Source: Macrostomum lignano (Eukaryota). From it: a stretch of DNA of 64,000 nucleotides. Below, piece by piece: positions 1 through 10,997 of this stretch (within the stretch, counting starts at the first letter, position 1; every line of letters starts with the position of its first letter). The DNA is taken from NCBI GenBank assembly GCA_002269645.1, contig NIVC01000040.1:682001-746000 (forward strand), written 5' to 3'. The position numbers and the translations under genes were made by a program. The notes beneath the pieces were generated by a model. It was not told the DNA's origin and ran no database searches. It saw nothing but the letters and a program-made list of their open reading frames with translations.

Positions 1-302
1 CTGTGTTTAAACGCTGCGTGTGCAGACGAACTGTACTCTTATGCCAAAAACAAATGTTAGCAACTTGCTGCAGCGAATCTGTGCATCGGAATGAGAGGCC
101 TAACAAAAATGCAGAGAGTCACAAACAAAATGTGTATGCGCTGTGCAGTCAGGTGTGAGTGCGATTGATACATTTAATGCCAGACTGACTTCTTTTTGTT
201 ATTCTGTCTGGCGTCACAGTTCTTGCCGATGTTGATACACTATTGCGTCTGACCTAGTATCTGGATTGGAGATCATCAAGCTTATAAACTAAAGCATTGT
301 GT

Positions 303-895
303 TTCCGATTCTAGATTCTAGGAATAGAGCACCGTGTTTCCCATTCCAGATTCTAGGAATAGAGCACCGTGTTTCCCATTCCAGATTCTAGGAATAGAGC
401 ACCGTGTTTCCTATTCCAGATTCTAGGAATAGAGCACCGTGTTTCCCATTCCAGATTCTAGGAATAGAGCACCGTGTTTCCTATTCCAGATTCTAGGAAT
501 AGAGCACCGTGTTTCCTATTCCAGATTCTAGGAATAGAGCACCGTGTTTCCCATTCCAGATTCTAGGAATAGAGCACCGTTTTTTTTCCATTCCAGATTC
601 TAGGAATAGAGCACCGTGTTTCCCATTCCAGATTCTAGGAATAGAGCACCGTTTTTTTCCATTCCAGATTCTAGGAATAGAGCACCGTGTTTCCCATTCC
701 AGATTCTAGGAATAGAGCACCGTTTTTTTTCCATTCCAGATTCTAGGAATAGAGCACCGTGTTTCCCATTCCAGATTCTAGGAATAGAGCACCGCGTTTC
801 CCATTCCAGATTCTAGGAATAGAGCACCGTGTTTTTCTATCCCAGATTCTAGAAATAGAACACCGTGTTTTTCCATTCCAGATTCTAGATTTAGA
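303..895. repeat. 35-bp minisatellite (~17 copies), intronic in the InR-like gene
   Basis: Unit ACCGTGTTTCCCATTCCAGATTCTAGGAATAGAGC; identical starts at 331 and 471 (4 x 35 bp). Accounts for ORFs 509-709, 616-816 and 759-1043. Confidence 0.95.
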
Positions 896-1039
896 GCTCC
901 ATATATTAGTATCTTCTAATAAAATATTAGAACTAAGATTGGATTTTTATGTCATGTGCTCGTACGAAATGTCCATCGATAAGCTGTGCACACCTGTGTG
1001 TGTTTTCTACCTTTTGTGTGTGCTTCCTAGTCTCAGCTA

Positions 1040-1187
1040 TTAGTTGCTTTGGTGAAGAAGCAACGCACACAAAGGTAAACGGTTTTGCTACAGGGCATCA
1101 GGAAGCCTTTAAAAGCTCTTGTGGGATGGCCAGGCGTCATAACGATCACAACGCCTTTTATGGTGATGTTCTTTAAGAACACCCAGC
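1040..1187 (-). CDS. Probable further L2-domain exon of the InR-like gene (boundaries uncertain)
   Basis: Minus frame reads WVFLKNITIKGVVIVM, resembling the L2 'SFLKNLRLI' motif that follows the 1318-1232 exon. I could not make the splice phase consistent. Confidence 0.35.
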
Positions 1188-1231
1188 CTTATTAATGCAA
1201 TATTTACAATCCCTACAAGCGATATATTTAC

Positions 1232-4200
1232 CTGACCGACTGGCTATCGTTGATGTGAAGTCCTCGGATCGATTCTAGCGAAGATAGAAACTGCAGCGAT
1301 TCGAGGCCGGAGCTGGACCTGACAGACAGCCAGTGCCAGATGTCTGTCAGGTTGCTGAGTGCGCGTGTCAGCTTGTTTTCAACATTGTCTGCAAATGTGA
1401 ATTTTTGTGATAGAAAATCAATCTTTTCGATGCCAAGTCTTGGTTTCAGAATTCATAGTATTCTTGCTTTAGTGCTCTTTGTCACAGCGGTCTTTGTAAT
1501 TGTGGTTTTTGTCGGCCGTCTTTGTTATAGTGATCTTTGTTTTAATTGTCTTTATTATAGTGGTCTTTTTCACAGTGGTATTTGCTGTAGTGTCTTTGTT
1601 GTAGTGGTCTTTGTCACAGTGGTGTTTGTTATAGTTGTCTTTGTTAGCAGTCTTTGTTATAGTGTCTGTTGTAGTGGTCTTTTTGTAGTGTGGTATTTTT
1701 GTAGTGTGGTCTTTGTTGTAGTTGTCTTTGTTATGGTTTTCTTTGTTATAGTGTCTTTGTTACAGTGCTTTTTGTTAGCAGTCTTTGTTATAGTGTCTTT
1801 GTTGAACTGCTTGTATTGATGAAGTTTTCTATTATTTTATTTTCATTTTTATCTTGAAAATATCTTTGCATCTTTGCAGTGTGTAGAGCAACATATTCAG
1901 CTACAGTGCGTCAAATTTAATGAAACGCAATCTTTATTAGCTGCAGATTTCATGAAACTCCTCTATTTATTATTTTACTGCCCAGGAAGGAAGCTCTCTT
2001 AAAACGTTAAATGCACGATGTCCTTAAAAACGTCGGAAAAACACAGAATGTCATAATATTCTCAGTAATAACTTTGTGCTGAGTCAAAACTGCTGCCTGA
2101 CAGGGGATTCTGTCCGAAAATTGGTGCAATTTTATTCTATCAGCCTCACAAGCAGACCTCGTCAAGAGACGAAGTACTCAGTAATCCTCTTTGTGTGAGC
2201 TCACGATTTCATGAGATCGCGTGTGAATTCTTGCGTTTCTGAGTAAACTAATGAGTTTTTGAGTTCCTGAGTTCATGAGGTCCTGAGTTCATGAGGTCCT
2301 GAGTTCATGAGTAAGGACTGAGTTCCTGAGTTCCTGAGTCCCTGAGTTCCTGAGTTCCTGAGTCCCTGAGTTTCTGAGTTCCTGAGTTCCTGAGTTCCTG
2401 AGTTCCTGAGTTCCTGAGTTCCTGAGTCCCTGAGTTTCTGAGTTTCTGAGTTCCTGAGTTCCTGAGTTCCTGAGTCCCTGAGTTCCTGAGTTTCTGAGTG
2501 CAACTGAGTACCTGAGTTCATGAATAAGGACTGAACTCCTGAGTTTTTGAGTTTCTGTGTTCATGAGGTTCTGAGTTTCTCGAGTTCATGAGTTCCTGAG
2601 TTCCTGAGTCCCTGAGTCCCTGAGTCCCTGAGTCCCTGAGTCCCTGAGTTCCTGAGTCCCTGAGTTCCTGAGTTCCTGAGTTCCAGCGCAAACAGTCCCC
2701 TCACCGATTCCATCAATCAGCTCGATGTGCAGCGCATCCACGGAAGTGCACCTCAGCCGGCCAGCGGACTCAATGTCCGTCTCTGTCCGAAGGCTGATGA
2801 GGCCCGGACAATGGCGCCGACACCCGCTGTCCGGAGCAGAGTCGGACAATTCGCACCGGACGCAGACGCTGGCTGCGTTGGCCGCTTCCGCTTGGTAACC
2901 GGGCGGACAGGCTGGCCGACACCGGCCTCGACTGGGCTCGAACTCGCGACCTTTGAGCATTTTATAAAAAACTGAAAATCTGTTTTTTTTGCATACCTAA
3001 TAGTCCCAGGGGTCATTAACATAAACTGCGACAATCCTGGCGCAACGACTTTGGCGACATTGTCCCCATAACTGCCCATTTCCCTGGCTCCTGAGCACAC
3101 AAGCGCACCAATACTGTACACAGGCAGGCAATCACACACACACTCACACAGAGTGTACTGCGGCCATCTGACTTTCTAATCCTCAGGCATGTACACTCCC
3201 TGTGCCCTGGGGGCTGGCCTTAAAAGTATAGCCCTTCACAAGATCTTGAATCAGTAAATTCTTCTGGTCCGGTGAAATGACCCTCATGCAAATCTTACTC
3301 TAAAAGACCAGAGCTCTGCTCTATTTATAAATTGCGCATGATTTTCTACTGCGGTGTTTCTGTGCCAGAATACATGCATAGGCGTAGATATAGGGACTGA
3401 GTAGCAATGTGGTAGCATTGCAAGGTCACAAGATCACTGGGTTCCGTGACTATTATAGAACACTTTTTTTGCACTCCGCAGAGATGCTAAGAGTTCAAAG
3501 TCATATAATATAAGAGGCCGTCGTATCCTTCTCTGTATAGATTTCTAGAAGACTTGAAGCGCTCTTAAAACTTCAGGTAGTTAATTACCACGAGCTCCCA
3601 GATTCCACTCTACTATGCGCGGCTCGTGTAATTAAGGAGGTTCGTGCACAGAAATTAACTTGAAAAAGTTCGTCTAGTTTACAAGCAGACACACTTGAAG
3701 TTTATTGTCAAACAGTCACAAAGGCATGAGTAAAATCACAGGCCTCTGTACATGTACACCCACTGAGAGTCCAGACTGTGTGCCTCCTTGTTGGCTGCGG
3801 GTCGTCTGTCATATCGTAATACACGACAACTGAGTCATAAAATCAGAGGACAACTGAGTCATCAAATCAGAGGACAACTGAGTCATCAAATCACGCGACA
3901 GCTGAGTCATCAAATCACGCGACAACTGAGTCATCAAATCACGCGGCAACTGAGTCATCAAATCACGCGAAAACTGAGTCATCAAATCAGAGGACAACTG
4001 AGTCATCAAATCACGCGACAATTGAGTCATCAAATCACGCGACAACTGAGTCATCATATCACGCGACAATTGAGTTATCAAATCACGCGGCAACTGAGTC
4101 ATCAGTGGTGAGAAAGCTACGAAATAAGTGTCTACACTGAGTCTCACCGCTGTCAGTTTTACCGCATTCAGCCGGCTCGATGCACCGCAATCCGTTTGCA

Positions 4201-5038
4201 TCAGCCACCAGACCGTCTGGACATTCGGCCAAGCATCGACCGTGGTGCCGAACAGCTCGACAAGCCAGACAGTCGGCATCGCTCGGTCCCCGACAGCCGC
4301 CAAGACATTCGACGTGACAACAGGACGCACCCTCATCCGAGCGGCGCAAACAACCGGCGTCGCCGCATCGCGTCGGACAGACAATCTGGCAGTGTCGCTC
4401 GCTCCAGCAGTGCCGACACGCCTGGCTGTAAAAGATATCGGCAATGTTATGATTCGATGGCTCCTTGTTTCTCTCGTCGGTGTTTCTGGTCAGGAACTGT
4501 CCGGGACAGACGCTGCCGTCGCACAGGATGCTGCTTCTCGGCCACTGCTCGGCTAGGTTGGACATCACCAAGAAGTTGCTGGAGGACAAATTGCCACCCG
4601 ACGAGGACAACGACGAAGGCTGCAACGCTGACCAGTTGACGGTGGCGATGTGGCACAGTTGAGGCGAGTTCTCCAGCCTTACGGAGCCGGACAGCACCAG
4701 CTGCAAGCTGGCCAGTCCCAGATTTCTCAGCTGCGGCAGATCGAACACCACCAAGGAGCTGCCCAGCAGCTGCTCCTGGCCGCGGATCACGGCCAATTTT
4801 GGAAACAGTTGGCTTAGCGTGGCTAATCCGCTAATCCGATATAGAGCCAAGTAGCCGGTAATCTCTACTAGATTAGTAAAACCGTCCAGTTCTAGCTGGT
4901 GCTGCTCGCTGTCATTGTCGTTGAAGTCTCCGCCGTGTACGCTGAAGTCGCTGATAAACAGGCTGCCGTGGACTGCAGTGCAGTTGGAGAAGCTGCTGAA
5001 CTCGCTGCTGCTGGCTATGAGAATCTGGCCCTGGCAGA
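1232..5038 (-). CDS. Insulin/IGF receptor-like receptor tyrosine kinase, 5' part (L1, furin-like Cys-rich, start of L2); continues towards lower coordinates
   Basis: Exons 5038-4148 (VCQGQILI..NCTAVHGSLFI..FTNLVEITGYLALYRISGLATLSQLFPKLAVIRG..CCHVECLGGC..CLACRAVRHHGRCLAECP), 2971-2705 (GRCRPACPPGY..CRRHCPG), a 34-nt microexon 2238-2205 (ETQEFTRDLMK) and 1318-1232 (LQFLSSLESIRGLHIND). All have AG/GT ends and matching phases 1-1-1-2. The L1 exon opens with a phase-1 V-C as in INSR exon 2. No signal-peptide exon or kinase domain was identified, so InR rather than EGFR assignment rests on the L1 motifs. Confidence 0.85.
1470..1815. repeat. GT-rich low-complexity repeat (GTCTTTGTTATAGT-like)
   Basis: Degenerate reiterations; explains the Val/Phe-rich ORF 1340-1819. 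Confidence 0.8.
2245..2685. repeat. 8-bp tandem repeat (GAGTTCCT)n
   Basis: Fills most of the intron between InR exons 2971-2705 and 2238-2205; explains the SGTQELRN ORFs. Confidence 0.95.
3119..3235 (-). mobile_element. SINE 3' fragment related to the element at 50134-50410
   Basis: Reverse complement contains AGTGTACATGCCT...GGCCGCAGTACACTCTGTGTGAGTGTGTG, matching AGTGTACATGCCT...GGCCGCTGTACACTCCTGTGTGAGTGTGTG at ~50295-50355. Confidence 0.65.
3822..4105. repeat. 24-bp minisatellite (12 copies) carrying TGAGTCA
   Basis: Unit CAACTGAGTCATCAAATCACGCGA, beside the donor of InR exon 5038-4148. Confidence 0.95.
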
Positions 5039-5042
5039 CTGC

Positions 5043-5265
5043 TGGGTGAATGAGGGATGCTTGTGGGTGAATGAGGGATGCTTGTGGGTGAATGAGGGAT
5101 GCTTGTGGGTGAATGAGGGATGCTTGTGGGTGAATGAGGGATGCTTGAGGGTGAGTGAGGGATGCTTGAGGGTGAGTGAGGGATGCTTGTGGGTGAATGA
5201 GGGATGCTTGAGGGTGAGTGAGGGATGCTTGGGGGTGAGTGAGGGATGCTTGTGGGTGAATGAAG
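5043..5265. repeat. 21-bp minisatellite
   Basis: Unit GGGTGAATGAGGGATGCTTGT; it ends at the acceptor of the InR L1 exon and forms that intron's pyrimidine-rich 3' end on the minus strand. Confidence 0.95.
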
Positions 5266-7114
5266 GAAGCTGGAATGGAAGCGATATTAGTGGGTATCGG
5301 AACAATTCAGCTAATTTAGAAGTGTGCCCCATACGGTAGGCTCGTATTTTTTCCTTCATATTCGCACCAAGAAAGTTGTTAAATAAAAAAATGTTTTTTT
5401 ACTTCAATTCCTTCTAGCTCTTAGTTTATAATCCTGTTAATCCTGACAGAAGCTCCCACTTCAGTGGCTTAGTTACATCAGCGGTGGATTTCTTACACCT
5501 GAGCTGTAGGGCATGCAGTGAAATTATGATTAACTTAATTATTGAAGTAGGATTTTGTTATTTTTGTTAAAGATAGGAAGCCCTTTTATCTACAACCTTA
5601 ATCTCGTTTAGCGACTTGAAATTATAATTAGTCCAGTTTAGGCACCTAATAAAAATTTGAATTTCTTTTAGCCAGGAAAATTCATGATAGTGGCATTGAT
5701 GATGATGATGATGCTAAATGGTGCGAAATCTTGTCTGGAAGAAATAAATCTAAATACGTTATATGGTCATCGAAACAGCACTACGCGTTCTAATGTATAC
5801 GAGCCTTACAAGTACATGTAAGTTAATGAAGTGCTAAGTGAAAATATCAAATACTAAATCTACATGCTATTGGGTCGCTTGTCGAAAGACTTCACAGTCT
5901 TCCGGTAAAACGGACTAAAGCACGATCAATAATGTTTTTACACGTGCAGTGTTAAAACGTTCAGTGATATGAATGTACAAATATGAAAACCAACGTACTA
6001 AAAAGTTTAGCGGCTTACTTTCTGACGAAAATCGCGAAGCAGAAGCAAGTAAAATCTGTGTGACGGCAATCAAGAATCGATGAAGCTGGTTCAAAGCAGG
6101 CTAAAATTGTTCGATGGGAATAAATGTTGCAAGATGATTGGTAAGGCGGATTAAAAATAAGAAAGACGCGTTAAATTAAAAAAATGTATATGAACAAGAA
6201 CCATTAATTTATTTGCTGCTTTCTACGAAACAAAAATTACAGCATATCTAAATAATGAAAACATGGTACAACCATGAGTAAGTACTCTCACTTACAGAAG
6301 TGGACCTCGACCGCATTGTCAGTGTCATTTCGTTTCAGAAAAAGAAAATATTTACATATCCCAAAGTTAGTAATATCTAATGTTATTGTGTTTAGTTTAA
6401 GTAAAGAAAAGGCACAACTTTAATCTTTAACGAAAAAAATCAGTTCGATATACGACAGCTAGTCTGGCAATTCTTCATGATGTAACCAGTTTGATCTTAC
6501 GCCGTGATTGAAGTTTGAATTTTTACTCGGGAAATTATCGCATTCGGAGAAACGAAATTGTTAAGAATAACAAAGATGCTGACATTCATAATGTTGTGCT
6601 CTGAAATATACTGCACAATGACAAAAGGTGAGCAAACGCTATTAAAAAATTACTTAAATAATTCTAGATGATTGCCCGCCAATAAAAAATTGTGTAAAAG
6701 TTTTAAACTTTTATTGTTAGATTTTGAACTTGTCATGATTATTTTTTAGAGTTCAAGGCCCTGTTCTGTTGTTCTAGTTCCAGCCCCAGCGCAAGAAGTC
6801 GGCTGCTAACTATCATCAAATCTTTTTTAGCATAGACATGGGCCCAAATCAGGGTTTACGACCATGCTTTCCAGATATAAGCCTCATTATTTGTTATGTA
6901 TCTTGGAAAATAGATTTTTAGACCTTGGCTTGCTGCTTGGCTAGCCTACAAGCCTACAAGTCAAATTATAAAATATAATGCTAAGAGAATCAATATTCAA
7001 GAGAAAATATTTTACATATTCCCTCAAAAAATCATTCAACCATTTTTATTTAGGTAGATAAAAATCTAGATTTTTGTCTAATCTATTTTTGGCCTAAGTC
7101 TTTTTACTATAGGG

Positions 7115-7297
7115 CAAGGGCATAGCCAAGGGTGGATCATGGGGGTCATGACCCCCCCCCCAGCCAGCTGATCCAGGCCAAATTTTCAGGCCCCTCCCCC
7201 ATCACAGAGGCCTAGCACCCCCTGCCCCTGGTTGCTGCTATAAGCCTATGACTAATTATGACCTTCCCCCCAAAAGGAAATCATGGCTACAACACTG
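7115..7297. mobile_element. Degenerate hAT-type MITE
   Basis: Ends CAAGGGCATAGCCAAG / CATGGCTACAACACTG are imperfect inverted repeats; flanks CTATAGGG / CTATGGGA look like a decayed 8-bp TSD; internal GGGGGTCATGACCCCC palindrome like the 57872 MITE. Confidence 0.5.
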
Positions 7298-8245
7298 CTA
7301 TGGGATATAGACTAGGCCTAGTAATAGTATACTGTATAGCCTATAGCCTAGGCAGTATAGCCTAGGCCTACATTGAATATCTCAAAATTCAAAAGCTTTT
7401 ACGGCTTGGCTAGGCCTAGTTAACTAAGACCTAGTGCTTCTATGACTTGTTTTTTTAGCTAAGCTTTATAATATATATTTTTGCTATATTATATTATATT
7501 ATTTTCTTCAATTTTATAAATATAAGATTAGTAGGGCTATGTCTATGTCTAATAAAACAGATTTACTAGAGGCCCTATTAGGGGCCTAGTATAATATTAT
7601 TATTATTGGTCAAAAGGCCATTTTTATTATTTGGCAATGCAATTGCCAAAAAAGAAAATAAAAGACATAAATAAAAATAGTAATGGAAAAAGACCTAAAT
7701 AAATGCAAATTTATAGTAGCTAAGGTATTTAGACTAATATAAAAATGATCCAAGTCTAATCTTGAGATATAAAATTATATTTTCATACAAAAACTAAATT
7801 TTGTTGTCTATCTTAATGAAAAATTGTAAATTTGCATTTATTAATGCTAATAAAATGTTATATTATTTAATCATTTTTTCAATTACTAGTCATAGTTTTC
7901 AAACCTGATTTTGAGAGCTAAAATCTTGTCTATAATATTAAATTAGTAATAGTATGAAAATGTCTTTAATGATTAAGAACTTTTAAATTCTTGTCTTTCT
8001 CAATATCATTTCTTAGTTATACTTGATTAATCTTATAATGGTATTGACAGTTGGTTTTATGGCTCTGGGTTATATTTGTAAACCTCTTTGGACTAAAGAG
8101 CTAATTATATACTGATTTCAAATGTTATCAATAAGTTATTTTGTCTCTATTAAATACTATAGTATAAATAAACAAAAGCTATATTGATACACATATAAAG
8201 TATTTTATTCTATCATTTTAAAACTATTAAAAACTTAATTATATA

Positions 8246-8391
8246 CAGTGGCAGATCCAGGATTTCAAAAGTAGGGGGCAGATCAGCTTTACTTTTTGAG
8301 TTAGCCCAAAATAAGCCCCAAATAAGCCAAAAATTGCAATACTCCCCCCTAACATGCAAGTTCAGCCATGGCAAACCTGGATCCGCCACTG
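8246..8391. mobile_element. 146-bp hAT MITE just upstream of MePCE
   Basis: TIRs CAGTGGCAGATCCAGG / CCTGGATCCGCCACTG (1 mismatch); perfect 8-bp TSD ATTATATA at 8238-8245 and 8392-8399. Confidence 0.9.
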
Positions 8392-8544
8392 ATTATATAA
8401 AATAAAGTTAGATCAACTGATGCCTTTCCAGGTTTGAGGCAATAATCCTATATTTGTTCCTGTTGATGAAGTACAGATAAAAAACCAATTTAATGTTTCC
8501 CCATTGACAGTGGCAAGCATAGGAAATACAAAGTAGAGAATCAA

Positions 8545-10766
8545 ATGAACAACAAGTTTCAACAGTCGCCAAGAGGCAGCCATCGCGGCGGCAGTCGCCG
8601 GCCTAGCACTACTAGCAGGGGAGGCAGCATCAGAGCTGGCAGTCACAGTCGCGGTCGGGGCAGTCAAAATCATGGCAGCCATTCAACAGCACCCGACGCT
8701 GCCCTACACGGCACCAGAGGCGGGGGTGTTGTCAGTAGAGCCAGGGGGTTGCTGTCCTATCGCAATGCCCAACAGCAGCAGCGTTTCAGTAGTGCCGCTT
8801 CGTCTTACTGGCAGCAGCAGCAACAGCAGTATCAGCAGGTTTCACAGTCGTCGGCCTCCTCTATGATGACAATGCCGCCACCTTCAGCGCCGCCGCCGCA
8901 GAGGCCGTGGCAGCAGCAGCAGCAGCAGCAGCAGCTACGCGGCCGGGGGTCCCCGAGCCGTCAAAAACGCTACGCTGGACGACGTCGTGGCTCCGCTTCC
9001 AACGCTGCATCTTCGTCTCAGCAGCAGCAGCATCAGCATCAGTCCTCGTCAACAGCTCCCACTTCAACGACGTCAACTTCGGCCGCCGTAGTTGATCCGC
9101 TCAATCTGCGCTGGGTGGCCGCTGAAAGCGAGCGTCGGGCGCGCGGTGGTCACTCGCCGCTGCCTGGCGACAGTCCCGAGCCCGAGCCTCCCTCCGCCAA
9201 TCAGCAGCAGAAATTCGTAGCCATCTATGGAAATTTCCGGGCCGATTATAACAGGCAGACGCGCGGGGCTAGCGAGTTTAATATTGGTCAGATGCAGGAC
9301 GACCGGCTGCAGCTGCTGCAGCAGGACTGGTACACGGGCAGGGACGTGTTGGATATCGGCTGCAATGACGGCGTATTCTCAATGCGCATTGCCGAAGCTA
9401 TGGGAATTAAATCGTTGACTGGTCTGGACATTGACGAGGAGCTGGTGCGCACTGCACAGAGCTATCTTGAGGATCGCTTGCGCGAGCTTGAGAAAGAGGA
9501 GGAAGGCAAGGTGAGAAGTGTTTGTTTGAGGCTGGGTTACTCGCGACTAATAGCTGCTAGCAGTAGTTTAGGCTCTGCTCTTCGCCCGCCAGATTCTCGG
9601 TTTGCTAAGCCACCCGCCATCCTCCCAGATCCTCAGTTACTGAGCCACCAACCTCTCAGATCCTCGGTTGTTTTGCCACCAGCTTCCCAGACCCTCAGTT
9701 GCTGGGCCAGCCTCCCAGATCCTCAGTTGCTAGGCCAGCCTCCCAGATCCCCAGTTGCTGGGCCAGCCTCCCAGATCCTCAGTTGCTGGGCCAGCCTCCC
9801 AGATCCTTAGTTGCTAGGCCAGCCTCCAGATCCCCAGTTGCTGGGCCAGACTCCCAGATCCCCAGTTGCTGGGCCAGCCTCCCAGATCCTCAGTTGCTGG
9901 GCCAGCCTCCCAGATCCTCAGTTGCTGGGCCAGCCTCCCAGATCCTCAGTTGCTAGGCCAGCCTCCCAGATGCTCAAAAATGAAGTTAAACTGCTATGAG
10001 TAGAGTAAACCGCAGTTCGGAACCCTACCATTAAACGAATCTTTCCCACCCGCAGTCGCCGGACCGCGGCGGTTTCCCCTACAACATAACCTTTAAAGCC
10101 GGCAATTACGTGTTAGAAAACGAGTCGGACTTGGCCAGAGTCGAAGAGAACAAATACGACGTGATCCAAGCGTTCAGCATCACCAAGTGGATCCATCTGA
10201 ACTGGGGCGACAGAGGCCTGAAGTTATTCTTTAAACGGGCCTACCGCGAGCTGAGGCCCGACGGCAAATTCATAGTTGAGCCGCAGCCATACAAGTCCTA
10301 CCAGCGCACTCTGCTATGCCCAACTCACAAGCAAAAGTATGCCAGCAATATTGAATTGAAGCCGGAACAGTTTAAACAATATTTGGAACGAGAAGTTGGA
10401 TTTGCTCACATTGTGTCAGTCTGGGAGCAGCAGCAATGTCACGGATTCCAACAGCCACTGCTGCTGTGCTCGAAGCCGTCCGGCCGTACGCCAGCCCTGG
10501 CCCGGGAGACCTCGCAGCACAATTTCCGTTTATTCGTGCCCTCACATCCTTTGCGGGCTCAACTGAATCCGTCACCATATCAGACAGATTCAATCGATCA
10601 GTTTTATATTGGTAATGGCAATGGCGGGCCGGAGGATATGCTGCTCTACGATAATGAAGACGATGCCGCTCCTGATAATGAAGCTGGCGGTGTCAAGTCT
10701 GATGATGCTACTGCCAAGTCTGCAACTGTTGATGATGAAGCTAAAGATGATGGGGATGCTGAGTGA
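8545..10766 (+). CDS. MEPCE: 7SK snRNA methylphosphate capping enzyme (MePCE/Bin3), 2 exons
   Basis: Exon 1 8545-9510 (Q/S-rich N-terminus, YGNF, DDRLQLL, SAM motif I VLDIGCNDG, GLDIDEELV), donor AAG|GTGAGA; exon 2 10056-10766 after CCCGCAG (FPYNITFKAGNYV, YDVIQAFSITKWIHLNWGDRGLKLFFKRAY..LRPDGKFIVEPQPYKSY), the Bin3-type signature. Phase 0/0. Confidence 0.93.
9610..9972. repeat. 28-bp minisatellite in the MePCE intron (repeated at 11545-11907)
   Basis: Unit CCCAGATCCTCAGTTGCTGGGCCAGCCT; same family as 32445-33275 in the opposite orientation. Confidence 0.95.
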
Positions 10767-10997
10767 TTTTTTATTTATTAGTACCAGTAACTGTTGCCCA
10801 TGAATCGCACGCATCTTTCACTTAAAGCGTAATTGTTTAGCACCTTCGCAGTTCTCTGATTTGTATTGCTTTGAAAATTATGCTGAATTGACCTGCTTAA
10901 CATAATTATTAGGAAACCCCTTAAACCTAATCCAAAATAATGCCCCAATGAAGCCTTAATCTAAAAGAATCGCCCCTAAAATCCTAATATAAAAGAA

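Noticed and set aside
1-260. Further InR exons on the minus strand (e.g. LSFRCTDSLQQVANICFWHK)
   Set aside because: Open frames exist but I could not tie them to a motif or consistent splice phases.
5350-8240. Signal-peptide exon of the InR-like gene or another small gene
   Set aside because: AT-rich, no ORF of 60 aa or more, and no candidate combined a hydrophobic leader with a phase-1 donor.
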